Below are positions 38,755 to 46,337 of a stretch of 49,300 nucleotides of DNA, piece by piece. A model generated the notes under the pieces. The model was given only the letters and a program-made list of their open reading frames with translations, searched no databases and was not told the origin of the DNA. The first letter of the stretch is position 1, and each line of letters begins with the position of its first letter. The translations under genes and the position numbers were made by a program. The stretch covers positions 70,939 through 120,238 of the forward strand of contig MHVH01000006.1 in the NCBI GenBank assembly GCA_001825155.1, given 5' to 3'. The DNA comes from Candidatus Zambryskibacteria bacterium RIFCSPHIGHO2_01_FULL_46_25. GTDB lineage: Bacteria > Patescibacteriota > Minisyncoccia > Phycocordibacterales > Zambryskibacteraceae.

Positions 38755-38801
38755 ACAAATCCTATCTTTCTTTTTATGGTGTGGTAATGTAAAATGGGTA
38801 G

Positions 38802-38966
38802 ATGGAATGGATTTTGATAATTTTGGTCGGGGCCATTTTATTTGCCATCAGTGATTTGAATAAAAAGATAAATGCTCTGCATGAATTGCTAGAAGAATGG
38901 AGAAGTGGATGGGAAGATGCACATCCAGGATCTGATTTTGATGGTATAGACTTCCCCAGCGCCTAG
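38802..38966 (+). CDS. Small TM protein, 54 aa (not in the ORF track)
   Basis: MEWILIILVGAILFAISDLNKKINALHELLEEW...; TAAAAT six nt upstream of ATG. Confidence 0.55.
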   Translation: MEWILIILVGAILFAISDLNKKINALHELLEEWRSGWEDAHPGSDFDGIDFPSA

Positions 38967-39041
38967 AGGTCGGAGTAACTTTGTATATAGTTCCCGCCTT
39001 GCTTTACTTGACAAAAAAGTTGTTTGGGTGTATGATAAACA

Positions 39042-39459
39042 TAGACTAAGGAAAGGAGGCCCGGATTGAGGCGTTTCTCGACGGGATTTGTCTAAGCGGG
39101 GTTCCACAAGAAAAAACCCATCTGAAGACGGGTCCCACCGCGCTTTCGTGTTCGACCGGCTGACCCTGCCGGGGTTGTCTCCCACGACTTTGTCGTGCGG
39201 ATGACGGCCAAAAGGGTTTTGACAAAAGACCGGTGTAGACCGGTCAGCCCAGCGCCGATTGGCAACAGTGATGTTCCAGTAAGCACCTCCCGCCTTGCGC
39301 GCGAGGCATGGCATCCGAACGCCTAAGTAAGGCCAGTGGCAAACGTTCCAACGAACCGTTGACGCCCAAGAAAGGCTACGGGTTCAGCCGAAAGGTGAGG
39401 TTGGGACACCGTGTTCCACAGGTGGGGGTCGCCAAGCTTGGACCCCCACCTTTTGTTTT
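39042..39459 (+). ncRNA. Candidate large structured ncRNA (about 415 nt)
   Basis: Promoter TTGACA(39008)-17-TATGAT; consecutive stems; terminator GGTGGGGGTC/GACCCCCACC plus TTTTGTTTT; no credible sense ORF. Confidence 0.55.
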
Positions 39460-39530
39460 GTCCAATTTGACTTCAAGCCCTATTTTCTATACTATATTCC
39501 AGCTAGCTCGTACGAGCTTTTATTTTTGAA

Positions 39531-39869
39531 ATGTCGCGATCATCCACCAAAGGCCCATATGTTGACCCCCGAGTGTTGAAGAAAATCGAGGGCAAGAAGC
39601 CGACAGAAACCGGCATTATTAAGACGTGGTCGAGGGCGTGCCAGATTGCCCCCGAGATGGTGGGATTCACCTTCGGGGTCCACAACGGCAAGAATCATAT
39701 AGAAGTATTCGTCACCGAGGACATGGTTGGACACCGCCTCGGTGAATTTGCGCTTACGAGAAAGTTCGTCCGCCACGGAGGTAAGATGCAGAAGGAGCTT
39801 GAGACCAAGCAGAAGGAAGCCGAGATTACGGCTGCCAAGGCAGCTAAGGGCGCGGAAGCGAAGAAGTAA
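39531..39869 (+). CDS. rpsS: 30S ribosomal protein uS19
   Basis: [30 protein letters not shown]. Confidence 0.98.
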   Translation: MSRSSTKGPYVDPRVLKKIEGKKPTETGIIKTWSRACQIAPEMVGFTFGVHNGKNHIEVFVTEDMVGHRLGEFALTRKFVRHGGKMQKELETKQKEAEITAAKAAKGAEAKK

Positions 39870-39874
39870 GATTT

Positions 39875-40210
39875 ATGAATGAAGCAAAAGCAATACTCAA
39901 TACTTACCGACAATCGCCCCGAAAGGTGCGGATTGTCGCAGACCTCGTCCGCGGCAAGAAGGTGAAAGACGCGCTTGAGCTTCTCTCTTTTGTACCCAAG
40001 CGAGCAGGCCTTCCTTTGCAGAAGCTTATCGCTTCCGCTCTTGCCAATGCCAAGGCTCAGAATCTTGCTTCCGAAGATATGAAGATTAAGGAACTGAAGG
40101 TGGATGCTGGCGCCACACTCTATCGCCGCCGACCCCGCTCAAGAGGCATGGCAAATCCCATAAGGAAGCGCACTTCCCACGTGACCGTGGTGCTCTCCGA
40201 GGCAAAATAA
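39875..40210 (+). CDS. rplV: 50S ribosomal protein uL22
   Basis: RQSPRKVRIVADLVRGK, IRKRTSHVTV. Confidence 0.97.
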   Translation: MNEAKAILNTYRQSPRKVRIVADLVRGKKVKDALELLSFVPKRAGLPLQKLIASALANAKAQNLASEDMKIKELKVDAGATLYRRRPRSRGMANPIRKRTSHVTVVLSEAK

Positions 40211-40213
40211 TTT

Positions 40214-40870
40214 ATGACGCACACAGTACATCCATATTCGCATCGCTTGGGAATTCTCCGCGACTGGAAATCGCGCTGGTTCTCTCCCAAAGGCAAATAC
40301 AAAATCCATTTGAAGGGCGACGTTTTGATACGTCAGTTCTTGGAGAAGAAGCTTAGCGGTTTCTATGTCGCTGATATCGAAATTGAGAGGAGCGCCAAGG
40401 CTCTACGCGTCATTGTCTCCACTTCGCGCCCGGGCATGATTATCGGCCGCCAAGGCGACGGAACGGAAACGTTGCGAAACTCAATCAGGAAGCTTCTCGA
40501 GAAACATGGTCTTCTCGATGAGAAGGTGGACCTTAAACTCGATGTGAAAGAGATTAAGAATGCTGAGGCCAACGCGGCTATCGTCGCTCAGATGGTGGTT
40601 GAAGGGCTTGAGAAGCGTTTGCCCTTCCGCCGGGTGATGAAGCAGACAGTCGAGAAAGTTATGGCGAATCGCGATGTGTTGGGAGTGAAGGTCGTGCTTG
40701 CCGGTATGATAGGCGGTGGCATGTCGAGGACGGAGACGCACAAGAAGGGACGCATCCCGCTCCAGACCTTCCGCGCCGACGTGGACTACTGTTCGTCCGT
40801 GGCGAATCTGCCTCTAGGCACCGTGGGCGTCAAGGTCTGGATATATCGCGGAGACATTTTCAATAAATAA
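40214..40870 (+). CDS. rpsC: 30S ribosomal protein uS3
   Basis: HPYSHRLGI, RPGMIIG, GRIPLQTFRADVDY, GVKVWIY. Confidence 0.97.
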   Translation: MTHTVHPYSHRLGILRDWKSRWFSPKGKYKIHLKGDVLIRQFLEKKLSGFYVADIEIERSAKALRVIVSTSRPGMIIGRQGDGTETLRNSIRKLLEKHGLLDEKVDLKLDVKEIKNAEANAAIVAQMVVEGLEKRLPFRRVMKQTVEKVMANRDVLGVKVVLAGMIGGGMSRTETHKKGRIPLQTFRADVDYCSSVANLPLGTVGVKVWIYRGDIFNK

Positions 40871-40876
40871 ACTTCC

Positions 40877-41296
40877 ATGTTATTCCCAAAGAAAGTTAAA
40901 TACAGGAAATGGCAGACGATGAGGAAGAACGTTTCCAAGCATAACAGGCCAGACACACGAGGTGTAACGGTCGCCTTCGGTTCTTTCGGGCTCAAGGCTC
41001 TGGCTGGTGCGCGCATCAGAAGTAACCAAATAGAGGCCGCGAGGAAGACTGTTTCCCGCGCCGTAGGTAAAACTGGACGTCTATGGATTAGAATTTTCCC
41101 CGATATGCCTTATACCGCGAAACCAGCGGAAGTGAAGCTCGGTAAGGGCAAGGGGGAGCTCCAGGGATATGTGGCGGCCGTTCTGCCTGGGCGCATCCTC
41201 TTCGAAGTTGACGGTATTCCGGAGCCAGCGGCTCGAGAGGCCTTGCGCAAAGCGGGGACCAAACTTCCTTTGAAGACTAAGATAGTTGCTAGATAA
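40877..41296 (+). CDS. rplP: 50S ribosomal protein uL16
   Basis: MLFPKKVKYRK, QIEAAR, WIRIFPD, GKGKG, KLP. Confidence 0.98.
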   Translation: MLFPKKVKYRKWQTMRKNVSKHNRPDTRGVTVAFGSFGLKALAGARIRSNQIEAARKTVSRAVGKTGRLWIRIFPDMPYTAKPAEVKLGKGKGELQGYVAAVLPGRILFEVDGIPEPAAREALRKAGTKLPLKTKIVAR

Positions 41297-41324
41297 AAGC
41301 ACAAAGCACAGGATACAAAGCACA

Positions 41325-41507
41325 ATGAAAAAGACAATTTACAAAGGAAAAAATGAGAAGGATCTTGCCAAGGCTCTTTATGAGCAGAGGGAAATCCTTT
41401 CGAAATTTCGCTTCGGTGCCGCTGGCTCGAGGACAAGGAATGTGAAGGAGGGTCGCGCCGCCAGAAAAGAGATAGCGAGAATCATGACTGAATTAAATAA
41501 ACAATGA
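41325..41507 (+). CDS. rpmC: 50S ribosomal protein uL29
   Basis: Position between rplP and rpsQ; FRF...RKEIARIMT. Confidence 0.88.
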   Translation: MKKTIYKGKNEKDLAKALYEQREILSKFRFGAAGSRTRNVKEGRAARKEIARIMTELNKQ

Positions 41508-41758
41508 ACAAGGAAATATTAACAAAAAAGGGAAAGGTGCTCACCGGTACCGTCGTCTCAGACAAGATGAAGGATACGGTTACCGTGCTTGTCGAGAGCT
41601 ACCAAAAGCACCCGAAGTACGGGAAATACATTAAATCCCGCAAAAAGTTCAAAGCGCATGATGCTGGCAATAGTGCCAAGATTGGTGATAAGGTACAGAT
41701 TGTTGAAACTCGCCCGATTTCGAAAGACAAGCATTTTAAGCTAGTAGCTAGAACCTAG
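41504..41758 (+). CDS. rpsQ: 30S ribosomal protein uS17
   Basis: [32 protein letters not shown]. Confidence 0.98.
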   Translation: MNKEILTKKGKVLTGTVVSDKMKDTVTVLVESYQKHPKYGKYIKSRKKFKAHDAGNSAKIGDKVQIVETRPISKDKHFKLVART

Positions 41759-41777
41759 CCCCTAGAACCTAATCTTT

Positions 41778-42149
41778 ATGATCCAGCCGCAATCAATAGT
41801 CCAGATAGCAGATAACTCCGGAGCCAAGATTGGCAGGGTTTTCAAGGTGCTGGGCTCTTCGAAGAAGCGCTACGCTTCTATAGGCGAGATTGTGGTTCTC
41901 TCCGTGCAGAAAGCCGAGCCGAGAAAGGCGGTCAAGAAGAAGGACGTGCTCTTCGCCGTCGTGGTGAGGCAGCGAGCGCCCTTCAGAAGGAAGGATGGCA
42001 CATATGTGCGCTTCGACGAGAACGCGGTAGTTATCCTCGATAATGCCAAGAAGGAGCCTATGGCTGGGCGCGTCTTCGGCCCGGTGCCGAGAGAAATTGG
42101 AGAGAAGGGTTTCCAAAAAATCATTTCACTTGCGCCGGAAGTTGTCTAG
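41778..42149 (+). CDS. rplN: 50S ribosomal protein uL14
   Basis: ADNSGAK, RFDENAVV, RVFGPVPRE, IISLAPEV. Confidence 0.98.
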   Translation: MIQPQSIVQIADNSGAKIGRVFKVLGSSKKRYASIGEIVVLSVQKAEPRKAVKKKDVLFAVVVRQRAPFRRKDGTYVRFDENAVVILDNAKKEPMAGRVFGPVPREIGEKGFQKIISLAPEVV

Positions 42150-42239
42150 TACTAATCTACGAATTTATGCTAATCTACAAATCACTACAAATATTCGCAG
42201 ACATTCGTATCATTCGATCTAATTCGTAAAATTCGTATC

Positions 42240-42464
42240 ATGCATGTAAAGAAAGGAGACAACATCATAGTGCTCGCGGGCAAGGACAAGGGAGTTGTCG
42301 GCAAAATTTCGCGTGCCCTGCCCAAAGAGGATATGGTGCTAGTCGAGGGTGTAAATTTGAAAAAGGTTCATCAGAAATCGAAGAAAGGCAAGGGCAAGGG
42401 GGAAATAATCGAGAAAAATTTTCCGATACACGTCTCTAACGTAAAACTCCATGGCAAAACTTAA
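42240..42464 (+). CDS. rplX: 50S ribosomal protein uL24 (short)
   Basis: KKGDNIIVLAGKDKG, VEGVN, PIHVSNV. Confidence 0.95.
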   Translation: MHVKKGDNIIVLAGKDKGVVGKISRALPKEDMVLVEGVNLKKVHQKSKKGKGKGEIIEKNFPIHVSNVKLHGKT

Positions 42465-42963
42465 AGAAAAAACAAAATTAATGCCGGGCTACAAGAATCC
42501 GATGCAGATGCCGAGGATTATGAAGGTGATTGTTTCTTCCGGTGTGGGTTCTTTCAAAGACAAGGCGAAATTTAAGATTGTCGAGGACAGGCTTGCGCGC
42601 ATTACCGGGCAGAAGGCCGCTCCTCGCGGGGCAAAGGTTTCTATCGCCACTTTCAAATCTCGCACAGGCGACATTGTGGGCTACCAGGCGACACTCCGAG
42701 GCAAGAGGATGCACGACTTCCTCGAGAAGCTTATTCATATCGCTTTGCCAAGAACCAAGGACTTCCGCGGTATTTCTCCCGCGGCCGCCGATGAGATGGG
42801 GAACTATACTTTGGGTATCAAAGAGCACACCATTTTCCCGGAAACCTCCGACGAAGAGCTCAAGGACGTCTTCGGCTTCGCTATCACTATCGTTACCACC
42901 GCAAAGTCGAAGGACGAAGTCGTAAAATTCCTTGCCCATCTCGGCTTTCCCTTTAAGAAATAA
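42451..42963 (+). CDS. rplE: 50S ribosomal protein uL5
   Basis: NPMQMPRI, ITGQK, TLRGKRM, LPRTKDFRG, GNYTLGIKEHTIFPE. Confidence 0.97.
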   Translation: MAKLKEKTKLMPGYKNPMQMPRIMKVIVSSGVGSFKDKAKFKIVEDRLARITGQKAAPRGAKVSIATFKSRTGDIVGYQATLRGKRMHDFLEKLIHIALPRTKDFRGISPAAADEMGNYTLGIKEHTIFPETSDEELKDVFGFAITIVTTAKSKDEVVKFLAHLGFPFKK

Positions 42964-42996
42964 GTTGTAGTTTTAGTAAAAAGTAGTTTTTGCAGA

Positions 42997-43032
42997 TACA
43001 TAATAAGCCAGCTATAGCATTGTTATTATGTA
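42997..43032. repeat. 36-bp palindromic direct repeat B1 (flank of PaaX-like gene 2)
   Basis: TACATAATAA-GCCAGCTATAGCATTG-TTATTATGTA; 33/36 identical to 43643-43678. Confidence 0.9.
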
Positions 43033-43057
43033 TATAGTGAGGCAGTATTTTAGATTA

Positions 43058-43627
43058 TTAGATGAGGTCGAAATCCATGCGTAAAAATCGATCGTCTTCT
43101 ATCTGGTCTACAATCATATAAAGTAAATTTCTCCCGATCCCGAAATCGGTTTTCATCAGTCCTATAGCATCTTCACAGTCGTAAGGATAAACCAATACAC
43201 TGTCCTGCAACCGGCGGAAGCCTGCATTTGTAAGTATTTCTCGAATCTGCTCCCGTATTTTCTTTTTCTTTTCCGGAATGTCAAAAATTATCACCCTCCA
43301 CTTCTTGTCCCATTTTCTGGGTCGCCTGATTTTGTACCTGGAAACTTGCCAATCGTTCAAGATATCTTCTCCGGTGCGAGTCAATGAATATCGCCCGTCT
43401 TTAAACACAACTAATCCTTCATTGCTTAACCGGGTCGCCGCCGTCTTTACTATTTCGCTCTTTCTGGGGGAAGATGTCGAGAGGTCGGTGCCTAATAGCG
43501 AATCTACGACTTGTTTTATCAGCAAGTCTCCCCCTATCCTCCCGCCTGAAGCAATAGTCAAAAGAATTGCCTCTTGCATTCTTGTTTTTCTTATATTCTT
43601 CCGGTTTACTGCCTCAAGTTCTCCCAT
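43058..43627 (-). CDS. PaaX-like protein (winged helix plus Cas2-like domain), paralogue of 22754..23320
   Basis: YSLTRTG, RKWDKKWRVIIFDIPEKKKKIREQIR, GFRRLQDSVLVYPYDC. Confidence 0.85.
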   Translation of the reverse strand: MGELEAVNRKNIRKTRMQEAILLTIASGGRIGGDLLIKQVVDSLLGTDLSTSSPRKSEIVKTAATRLSNEGLVVFKDGRYSLTRTGEDILNDWQVSRYKIRRPRKWDKKWRVIIFDIPEKKKKIREQIREILTNAGFRRLQDSVLVYPYDCEDAIGLMKTDFGIGRNLLYMIVDQIEDDRFLRMDFDLI

Positions 43628-43642
43628 GTGTAAATATTCTAC

Positions 43643-43678
43643 TACATAATAAGCATGCTATAGCATTGTTATTGTGTA
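43643..43678. repeat. 36-bp palindromic direct repeat B2 (flank of PaaX-like gene 2)
   Basis: TACATAATAA-GCATGCTATAGCATTG-TTATTGTGTA. Confidence 0.9.
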
Positions 43679-43720
43679 TATTGACAGAATCATGGCTGAA
43701 TTAGTTATCCCCTTTCCTGG

Positions 43721-43908
43721 TTGCAAGCAGATTCATGGGGGCTATGATTAATACATCCGGCACGAGCTGGTAACCGTCGAATCGAGGCGAAAGTCTCGGG
43801 GAGGGTGTGCGTATGATGAAGAGGAAGTTCAGCAAACACAAGGCACCGATGAAGCGCTGAGCGCCGTCGCGCCGGTCCGGGGGGCAGCCACGGCTGCCCC
43901 CTCTTTTT
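43721..43908 (+). other. Small transcription unit: ncRNA or 15-aa basic peptide gene
   Basis: TTGCAA-16-TATGAT; CGAGGC-GAAA-GTCTCG hairpin; SD GGAGG; MMKRKFSKHKAPMKR* (43813-43860); GGGGGCAGC/GCTGCCCCC terminator. Confidence 0.5.
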
Positions 43909-44010
43909 ATTTGATATTTATAACCGAGGCTGTAGCTGGTGCCTTCTTGTATAAGAATAATTCTTATGTTAAGCTGGGTTCTGCTCGAAAGAGCCTATTT
44001 TTTCGCTTAA

Positions 44011-44196
44011 ATGGCCAAAACATCGGTAATAGCAAGGTCGAAAAAGAAGCCCAAGTTTAGCACCAGGGCCACTTCGCGTTGCTTTAAGTGCGGACGGGGA
44101 CGTGGCTTCATGAGAGACTTCGGTCTCTGTCGCATCTGTTTCCGAGAGCTTGCTAATGAGGGGAAAATTCCGGGTATCAAGAAATCATCCTGGTAA
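44011..44196 (+). CDS. rpsN: 30S ribosomal protein uS14 (zinc-binding type Z)
   Basis: [24 protein letters not shown]. Confidence 0.97.
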   Translation: MAKTSVIARSKKKPKFSTRATSRCFKCGRGRGFMRDFGLCRICFRELANEGKIPGIKKSSW

Positions 44197-44201
44197 GTAA
44201 T

Positions 44202-44588
44202 ATGGATCAAATCTCAAATTTCATAATCCAAATCAAGAATGCTGGTGCTGTCGGACACGATAGCACTACTGTGCCGTATTCGAAGATCAAGCACTCCATC
44301 GCCCAGGTGTTGAAGAAGGAGGGATTCATTAAGGACGCGGGAGAGAAGACAGAGAAGGGTAAGAAGGTTCTTGCCGTCGAACTCTTGTCCGAAGGCAGGG
44401 CGACAAGAATCCAGGGTGTGGAAAGAATCTCCAAACCGTCTAAGAGGATATACAAGAAGGCCTCTGAGATGCGTCCGGTCAAGAATGGTTACGGCGCGCT
44501 CATAGTTTCCACTTCCGCCGGTGTTATGTCTGGCAAAGAAGCAAAAAAAATGAAATTGGGTGGAGAAGCATTATTTTCAATCTGGTAG
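44202..44588 (+). CDS. rpsH: 30S ribosomal protein uS8
   Basis: DQISNFIIQIKNA, LKKEGFI, RISKPSKRIY, IVSTSAGVMS, GGE. Confidence 0.97.
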   Translation: MDQISNFIIQIKNAGAVGHDSTTVPYSKIKHSIAQVLKKEGFIKDAGEKTEKGKKVLAVELLSEGRATRIQGVERISKPSKRIYKKASEMRPVKNGYGALIVSTSAGVMSGKEAKKMKLGGEALFSIW

Positions 44589-44613
44589 ATTCGACAAGCT
44601 CACTATAAATAAC

Positions 44614-45147
44614 ATGTCAAGAATAGGCAAAAAAGGAATAACGCTCCCAGAAAAAACGGAAATAAATGTTTCCGACGGGATTATTTCTGTCAAAGGTCCT
44701 TTGGGCGAACTTTCTCGCCCCCTGCATCCGGTGATAGAGGTAAAGGTTGAAGGCAATCAGGTCTCACTTACGCCGAAGAAAGAGTCTCTCGAAGCAAATG
44801 CTCTCTGGGGCACATACGCTTCGCACATCTCCAATATGGTCTCGGGAGTGAATAAGCCGTTTGAGAAGAAACTTATTCTCGAGGGCATAGGCTACAAGTC
44901 TGAAGTAAAAGGAGATAAGATAGTCTTCGCCCTTGGCTTCTCGCATCCGGTTGAGGTAGAGATACCCAAAGGACTCAAGGTAACTGCCGAGAAGAACAAC
45001 ATCACGGTCTCCGGCTCGGACAAGGAGCTTGTTGGTTCTTTCGCCGCCAGTATCCGCGCGCTAAAGAAGCCTGAACCGTACAAGGGCAAGGGCATGCGCT
45101 ATCACGACGAAGTAATAGCGAGAAAGCAGGGTAAGAAATCTGCGTAG
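44614..45147 (+). CDS. rplF: 50S ribosomal protein uL6
   Basis: MSRIGKK, VKGPLG, LGFSHP, PEPYKGKG. Confidence 0.98.
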   Translation: MSRIGKKGITLPEKTEINVSDGIISVKGPLGELSRPLHPVIEVKVEGNQVSLTPKKESLEANALWGTYASHISNMVSGVNKPFEKKLILEGIGYKSEVKGDKIVFALGFSHPVEVEIPKGLKVTAEKNNITVSGSDKELVGSFAASIRALKKPEPYKGKGMRYHDEVIARKQGKKSA

Positions 45148-45172
45148 CAGATTTCCTGCGTAAACCAATAAC

Positions 45173-45490
45173 ATGGCATTAATCAAAGCAACAGCAAGAG
45201 ATAGAAAAAGGAAGAAAATCAGAGCCAAGATAAGTGGCACCGCTCTTAGGCCGCGCCTCTCTGTTTTCAAATCCAATACGGCGATTTATGCCCAGCTTAT
45301 CGACGACGTGGCAGGCAAGACTCTCGCTTCCGCCAAAGGCAAGGACCCGAAAACTGTCGGCGCCGAAGTGGCAAAAGCCGCCCAGGCGAAGAAAGTTTCG
45401 GCGGTTGTCTTCGATCGCGGGGGATACATTTATACGGGCAAGGTTCGCGCGCTCGCCGAAGCGGCACGCGAAGCGGGGCTAAAATTCTAG
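45173..45490 (+). CDS. rplR: 50S ribosomal protein uL18
   Basis: [31 protein letters not shown]. Confidence 0.97.
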   Translation: MALIKATARDRKRKKIRAKISGTALRPRLSVFKSNTAIYAQLIDDVAGKTLASAKGKDPKTVGAEVAKAAQAKKVSAVVFDRGGYIYTGKVRALAEAAREAGLKF

Positions 45491-45493
45491 TTT

Positions 45494-46027
45494 ATGGAAG
45501 AAAAAAAATCTACAACAGAAAGAGGTCCGAGAAGGCAGGGTCGCCGACCACAGAGGAGAGAGGCTAGGGTGAAGCCGGAATTCGACCAAAAGATTGTTTC
45601 CATAAGGCGCGTAACTCGCGTTATGGCAGGCGGCCGCCGCTTCAGCTTCGCTGTCTCTCTGGTTGCCGGCAATCGTAAGGGTCAAGTCGGAGTGGGTCAA
45701 GGCAAGGCGACCGATACGCCGCTTGCTATCGAGAAGGCCTTTCGCGATGCCAAGAAGAATATGATTACCGTCAATATGACCAAGGACATGTCGATACCGC
45801 ACGATGTGGAAGCCAAGTACGCGGCTTCATGGGTAAAGATTCGCCCGGCCAAGGGTAAGGGAATTCTCGCCGGTTCTTCCGTCCGAACAGTCCTTGACCT
45901 CGCCGGCCTCAAAGAGGTTGGGGCCAAACTTCTCTCAAGAAGCAAAAATAGCGCCAACAACGCATACGCCGCGATCAAGGCGTTGAAGAAGCTCGAATCA
46001 ACCAAGCTCAAAAGTTGGCACAAATAG
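45494..46027 (+). CDS. rpsE: 30S ribosomal protein uS5
   Basis: RRVTRVMAGGRRFSF, GNRKGQVGVG, RPAKGKGILAG. Confidence 0.97.
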   Translation: MEEKKSTTERGPRRQGRRPQRREARVKPEFDQKIVSIRRVTRVMAGGRRFSFAVSLVAGNRKGQVGVGQGKATDTPLAIEKAFRDAKKNMITVNMTKDMSIPHDVEAKYAASWVKIRPAKGKGILAGSSVRTVLDLAGLKEVGAKLLSRSKNSANNAYAAIKALKKLESTKLKSWHK

Positions 46028-46052
46028 TTCGACTGCGCTCACCATAAATAAT

Positions 46053-46313
46053 ATGCAATTCCACACTCTCAAAAGAAAAACGCCCAACCATAAGTCCAAG
46101 CAAGTTGGACGCGGCGGTACGCGCGGCAAGACTGCCGGTCGAGGTACCAAGGGCCAGAACGCACGAGCTGGCAGGAAGAAGAGACCGGAGATTCGTGACG
46201 TTATCAAGCGCGTGCCGAAGCTTCGCGGCAGAGGCAAGTCGTCGCTTAAGTCCCGCCAATTCAAGCTCTCCGGAAGCGCTCTAAAGGAGCATCTTTCGAA
46301 GAATAAAAAATAG
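46053..46313 (+). CDS. rplO: 50S ribosomal protein uL15 (N-terminal part only, 86 aa)
   Basis: VGRGGTRGKTAGRGTKGQNARAG, RVPKLRG; position between rpsE and secY. Confidence 0.88.
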   Translation: MQFHTLKRKTPNHKSKQVGRGGTRGKTAGRGTKGQNARAGRKKRPEIRDVIKRVPKLRGRGKSSLKSRQFKLSGSALKEHLSKNKK

Positions 46314-46337
46314 TTCGATAAACTCACTACAAGTAGA

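Noticed and set aside
38731-38810. Complete tRNA gene
   Set aside because: Only a T-arm and acceptor 3' strand are present; there is no D-arm, anticodon arm or 5' acceptor strand.
39042-39459. RNase P RNA, tmRNA, SRP RNA or group I intron
   Set aside because: Diagnostic conserved motifs were not found by eye on either strand; left as an unclassified candidate pending an Rfam search.
43971-44010. Hairpin GCTC-GAAA-GAGC upstream of rpsN as a ribosomal-protein autoregulatory leader
   Set aside because: Too short to assign to a known leader family without covariation data.
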